In this document: positions 60,188 to 64,000 of the stretch, one piece after another
Numbering within the stretch: position 1 is the first letter of the stretch
How the letters are laid out: each line of letters begins with the position of its first letter
Assembly (NCBI GenBank): GCA_002898555.1
Contig: BEHR01000009.1
Span: forward strand, 6,975 to 70,974
Source of the DNA: a bacterium HR15
Lineage (GTDB): Bacteria > Armatimonadota > Fimbriimonadia > Fimbriimonadales > GBS-DC
Length of the DNA stretch: 64,000 nt
Direction: 5' to 3'
Translations under genes and position numbers: made by a program
The notes under the pieces: model-generated
Seen by the model: only the letters and a program-made list of their open reading frames with translations
Told to the model about the DNA's origin: nothing
The model's database searches: none

Positions 60188-62332
60188 ATGTCCAACTGGC
60201 TATCAGCTATCCATGACGCTTTTAGTCGCCTGGAGGCGCGGGCGGGGTTCGAGGCGCGTCCCGCACAGCATGAGATGTCCGCTTTCATCGCTGAATGTCT
60301 GTCCACAGGGCAGACCGCGTGCATCGAAGCCCCTACCGGAGTGGGCAAAAGCCTCGGCGCGCTGATCCCGCTGATCGCATGGACACTTGCCACAGGCAAG
60401 CGTGTGGTGGTCTCCACCTATACCAATGTGCTTGCCGAGCAATACTGGCGCAAAGACCTACCGCTGGCGCTGGAGCTGTTCGGTGAGGCAGGCAGCGAGT
60501 TGAAAACTCAGCTGGTGATGGGGCGCTCGCGCTATGCCTGCATCGACCGCATCTACGGGCGCGAAGGCACGCATCTGGAGCCTGCTTTGCTGCGGTTCCT
60601 GAAGGAGTGGGTTCCCCTCGCGCAGGAGGGGGTGGAGAGCGAACTGGCACCTTTTCTGCGACGCAAGGGTGTGCCCGAAGGCTTGACACGCGACCTGTGG
60701 CGACAGATTGCGACACCGCCCGCCTGCCGCGCACGCACCTGCCCCCATTACGCCAGCTGCTTCTACTATCGTCAGCGACGCGCGGCGGCGAACGCCCAGC
60801 TCATCATCACCAATCACTCGGTCGTGCTGACCGATGCCCTGCTCAAAGCAAGTGGCGCGGAAGGGCTTCTGGACGAATACGATTGGCTGCTGGTGGACGA
60901 GGCACACGATCTCCCTGAAGCGGCGTGCAGCGCACTGGAGTTCGAACTTTCACCCGAAACGCTGGAAGAGATGATTCGCAACGCCTCCAGCCTGAGCCAC
61001 CAAATTGCGAACGCGCTGGAGGGGGAACAGCGTCCTGACGCTCTGCTGCACACGATAGCCGAGCTGGTGCAGGTTCTATCGCGTGGTTGCCATGCAGCTG
61101 TTGCGCCCTTGAACATGGCGGACATTCCCTCCGAAGGACGCATCGTCGCCATCGCGCCGAAAATTTTCCTTTCCGACCCAGACGGGTACCCCGGAAAAGA
61201 AAATTTTCCCGAACTCATGGAAGACGAGAGCGTGCAGAAAGCCTCGCGCACCGACTGGTTGCCCGTGCTGCAGGCGGTGGTGGAAAACCTCCAGAGCGAA
61301 CTGCGCCGATTTTACAGCGAAATCAAGCGCGAACTGAAACATCACCGCGCTCAGATGACCGATCGGCAATATGAGGCGGTGCGTGAAGCGGTGAATCAAT
61401 ATGCCAGCTGGTTCCGCAATCTCTATACGGGGCTGAACCTGCTGGTGAACCCGGTGGAGGGGGTCAGCTGGGTGGAAGCAGCACCGATGGGTTGGCGTGC
61501 CTGCTATCAGCCGTTAGAGGTGGGAGCCTGGTTGGCGGAGCACTTATGGAGCCGTCAGCCAGCGACGCTGATGAGCGCGACGCTCACTATCGACGGCACA
61601 TTCGACTTTTTCCTGCGCCAAGTGGGCTTATCTGAGGGGGTACGCACGCTGTGCCTGCCACCTGTGTTTGACTATGCGCGTCAGTGCGCGCTCTATTTGC
61701 CTCCGCGAGGCGTGCTGCCTCCACCTCCACGCTCAGCACGCTCGCACGACGCGCCTGCCTATTATCGCGCTGTGGCAGAGCAACTGATGCAGATTCTGCA
61801 AGCGACACGCGGGCGCGCGTTGGTGCTGTTCACCTCGCGAGCGGAGATGGAAGCGGTGCGCGACGCGCTGCCACCGATGCCTTCCCTCCGCTTGATGATG
61901 CAGGGCGATAGCGCGAATGCAGACCTCTCACAACGCTTCCGTGAAGACACCGAATCGGTTCTGTTCGGACTGCGCTCTTTCTGGACAGGGTTCGATGCGC
62001 CGGGTGAAACGCTCAGCTGCGTGGTGCTGGTGCGTATCCCGTTTGAAGTGCCCGTCAGTCCACCCCAGGTGGCACGGCATGCGCTGCTGCGCTGGCGCGG
62101 TGAGGATCCGTTCGAAAGCTGGACACTGCCACGGGCGAAGCAGCAGGTGCGCCAAGGTTTCGGGCGACTCATCCGCCGTGCCGATGACCGAGGCATCATC
62201 TGCCTGCTGGATGCTCGCTTCCACACGCGCCCTTACGGCAAGCAAATCCTGGCGAACCTGCCACCCAATATACCCATCTATCACCGTATCGAAGACGCCA
62301 TCCAAGTGCTCAATAACCCCCTTTCGCCCTGA
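60188..62332 (+). CDS. dinG: DinG/XPD (Rad3)-family ATP-dependent DNA helicase with Fe-S cluster cysteines
   Basis: Walker A 'APTGVGKS', DEAH 'LVDEAHDL', and the Cys cluster 'YACI...PACRARTCPHYASCFY'. Confidence 0.85.
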   Translation: MSNWLSAIHDAFSRLEARAGFEARPAQHEMSAFIAECLSTGQTACIEAPTGVGKSLGALIPLIAWTLATGKRVVVSTYTNVLAEQYWRKDLPLALELFGEAGSELKTQLVMGRSRYACIDRIYGREGTHLEPALLRFLKEWVPLAQEGVESELAPFLRRKGVPEGLTRDLWRQIATPPACRARTCPHYASCFYYRQRRAAANAQLIITNHSVVLTDALLKASGAEGLLDEYDWLLVDEAHDLPEAACSALEFELSPETLEEMIRNASSLSHQIANALEGEQRPDALLHTIAELVQVLSRGCHAAVAPLNMADIPSEGRIVAIAPKIFLSDPDGYPGKENFPELMEDESVQKASRTDWLPVLQAVVENLQSELRRFYSEIKRELKHHRAQMTDRQYEAVREAVNQYASWFRNLYTGLNLLVNPVEGVSWVEAAPMGWRACYQPLEVGAWLAEHLWSRQPATLMSATLTIDGTFDFFLRQVGLSEGVRTLCLPPVFDYARQCALYLPPRGVLPPPPRSARSHDAPAYYRAVAEQLMQILQATRGRALVLFTSRAEMEAVRDALPPMPSLRLMMQGDSANADLSQRFREDTESVLFGLRSFWTGFDAPGETLSCVVLVRIPFEVPVSPPQVARHALLRWRGEDPFESWTLPRAKQQVRQGFGRLIRRADDRGIICLLDARFHTRPYGKQILANLPPNIPIYHRIEDAIQVLNNPLSP

Positions 62333-62402
62333 GGCTGCTCGAAAAATCCGCCAAGCATTTGGAGGGCGAGCCGCATGAATTTTCGAACACCCTCCGCCCC
62401 TA

Positions 62403-62432
62403 TTGACATGATGAGACTATATAGGGTATACT
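62403..62432 (+). promoter_or_regulatory. sigma-70-type promoter of lipoprotein gene 62486
   Basis: TTGACA (62403-62408), 18 nt spacer, TATACT (62427-62432). The same upstream 'GAATTTTCGAACACCCT' module as nosZ. Confidence 0.7.
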
Positions 62433-62485
62433 ACTCATTAGTGCCAGAGACCTTAGTAGGGTCATTGGCACGCAAGGAGGAAATA

Positions 62486-64000
62486 ATGAACAAGAACTTG
62501 CATTTCGGGCATCGTGTATTGGTAACGCTTGCCTCGCTCTGCCTAGCGCTATTCCTGTCCCATTGCGGTGGTGGCGGTGGTGGCGGTATAACAGGCGGGC
62601 TGAACATTGTTGGTGATGTGTTTGCTCCTCAAGGTACACCCCGTTCGCGAAGCCTTGCTGGCAGCGCCTTGCCGAACGCAACCGTGAAAGCATACCTCTT
62701 ACAACGCCTTGATAATCCTCTGGCGCAAGCTCAAACCGATGCAAATGGTCGCTACACGCTAACACTTCCTGCACAATATGCAGGGAATGACCTCGTCATT
62801 ATCGCCGAGAAAAGCGTGCAGAACCGCACCGTGCGATTGATGACCATCCTTGCATCCACTCCGCGCGAAGGCAAAATGGGCGTTGACCTGAACGCTGACA
62901 CTACCCTCGCAAGTGAAGAGATTCTGAGGCTGGTGCATGACGGCAATCTGGCATCGCCCCTGTCTCCTAACGGAGTTGCCAGTGTTATTGATCAGGTGCG
63001 TCAGTGGATCGACGAGCAGGGTATCTCCAGCCTGGATTTGACCGTAGGAGGCGGTCTTCTGCCTGATACGCCAGGCACGGGTCTACAAGGCTCGCTGGGG
63101 AGCGATGTGCGTACCCTCGTTCAGCAACAGCGCAACAACCTGACACAATCCACAGACAACGATGTGCGAACCGCCAAACGCATGAGCCAAATCATGCGCG
63201 ACCAGATCGACGCCTTCCTTGGTAGTGGCGACGACGAACAAGTTGGCATCGAAGAGGCGGTGCATCGGCAAGAAACAGTCGTGCGTGAGGAAATCATCAG
63301 TCCCACTGAGGCGTTTATGGAGCGAATCCGTTTCGCGGAGCGGGTGCTCGGCTTTGATAACCGCTGGAACATCTCCTTGATAGGCATGGCGCCTGGGCAT
63401 TACCGGGAGGAATCCACGGGGAGCTGGCCACCCTATCGACTGCGGAGAGTCGGCGATACGGACAATCGAACTTGGCGAGTAGACTCGACCTTACCAGATA
63501 CACAAGGCATGACGCTCACCATAACCACTCAAAACCCTCTTGCTCGGTTCGAGTGGACTTCCGACGCGGGTGCCTATACGCTCACTGTTCGTCGCGCAGG
63601 CGACAGCATGCTTCAATATGACGGCTCCCTGCGCGTGGTCGAGCGTGATCAAACTGGGAACCCCACCCGCATCTCCTGGCAGGTTACTTTGCGCGACAAG
63701 GACCTGCGCGCACCCATCCAGTTCACAGGTGAGGTTTCTGGCACCCCGGGTAGTGGCAACATCCCCTTCGACTCGCTCGCTCTCTCAGGCACACTCAGCA
63801 GTCAATTCGGGATGGTCACGCTTCAGGGCTTACAAGGGGACCTCTATGCTTCGGGCAACCCGCGCCAAATTCGCCTCAGCAGAGCTCAGGTACAGAGCGC
63901 GACCAGCCGCCCCGTCAGCCTTCAGGTAACCAACCTCTCCCTTACATTAACCGATAGCAGCGAGCACCCCCAGCCCACCGCAGCTGCTGCCAGTTTGACG
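62486..64000 (+). CDS. large lipoprotein of unknown function, 3' end outside window
   Basis: Not in the supplied ORF track because it has no stop. I translated 505 codons by hand from ATG 62486 (SD AAGGAGG at 62474-62480) and found none. Signal/lipobox-like 'LCLALFLSHC' plus poly-Gly. N-terminal CarboxypepD_reg-like segment 'ATVKAYLL...TDANGRYTLTLP'. Confidence 0.75.
   Translation, partial: MNKNLHFGHRVLVTLASLCLALFLSHCGGGGGGGITGGLNIVGDVFAPQGTPRSRSLAGSALPNATVKAYLLQRLDNPLAQAQTDANGRYTLTLPAQYAGNDLVIIAEKSVQNRTVRLMTILASTPREGKMGVDLNADTTLASEEILRLVHDGNLASPLSPNGVASVIDQVRQWIDEQGISSLDLTVGGGLLPDTPGTGLQGSLGSDVRTLVQQQRNNLTQSTDNDVRTAKRMSQIMRDQIDAFLGSGDDEQVGIEEAVHRQETVVREEIISPTEAFMERIRFAERVLGFDNRWNISLIGMAPGHYREESTGSWPPYRLRRVGDTDNRTWRVDSTLPDTQGMTLTITTQNPLARFEWTSDAGAYTLTVRRAGDSMLQYDGSLRVVERDQTGNPTRISWQVTLRDKDLRAPIQFTGEVSGTPGSGNIPFDSLALSGTLSSQFGMVTLQGLQGDLYASGNPRQIRLSRAQVQSATSRPVSLQVTNLSLTLTDSSEHPQPTAAAASLT

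Overview
This is a 64 kb chromosomal segment from a GC-rich bacterium (about 60% G+C by hand count in typical stretches). It is densely coded, with about 56 protein genes. I found no rRNA, tRNA or CRISPR. All functional calls rest on motif and family recognition from the supplied translations; no database search was possible, and the taxon cannot be determined from this window.

Housekeeping genes are scattered through the window:
- Translation: aspS, tyrS, rpmA, hpf.
- Biosynthesis: carA, metE, panD, ispE, ispDF, mtnP.
- Respiration: ctaA and a nuoH-J-K mini-operon.
- DNA metabolism: dinG and an sbcCD-like pair.
- Envelope stress: an ECF sigma / anti-sigma / HtrA module.
- RNA repair: rtcA plus archease.

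The most unusual locus is a compact Sec-type (clade II-like) nitrous-oxide reductase cluster at 31.1-38.5 kb.
- Downstream of nosZ, the NosB-like membrane module, NosD, NosF and NosY are encoded as one uninterrupted 1289-codon ORF.
- This ORF is followed by nosL and by an amicyanin-like cupredoxin lipoprotein.
- No nosR/X or nosG/H/C genes are present.

A second notable region is a lower-GC island at about 24.1-28.5 kb, on the minus strand.
- It encodes a secreted tail-fibre-like protein interrupted by a single in-frame TAG.
- It also encodes an SH3-like/M23 peptidase/dockerin protein carrying a perfect 273-bp tandem duplication.

Other recurring themes:
- GGTAnnAT -10 boxes sit 6-12 nt from start codons, implying widespread leaderless mRNAs.
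- ATGA translational coupling links many adjacent gene pairs.
- Dockerin-like modules occur on three secreted proteins.
- A small family of dispersed intergenic repeats is present. One variant forms a shared upstream module for the nosZ promoter and for the promoter of a large unknown lipoprotein.
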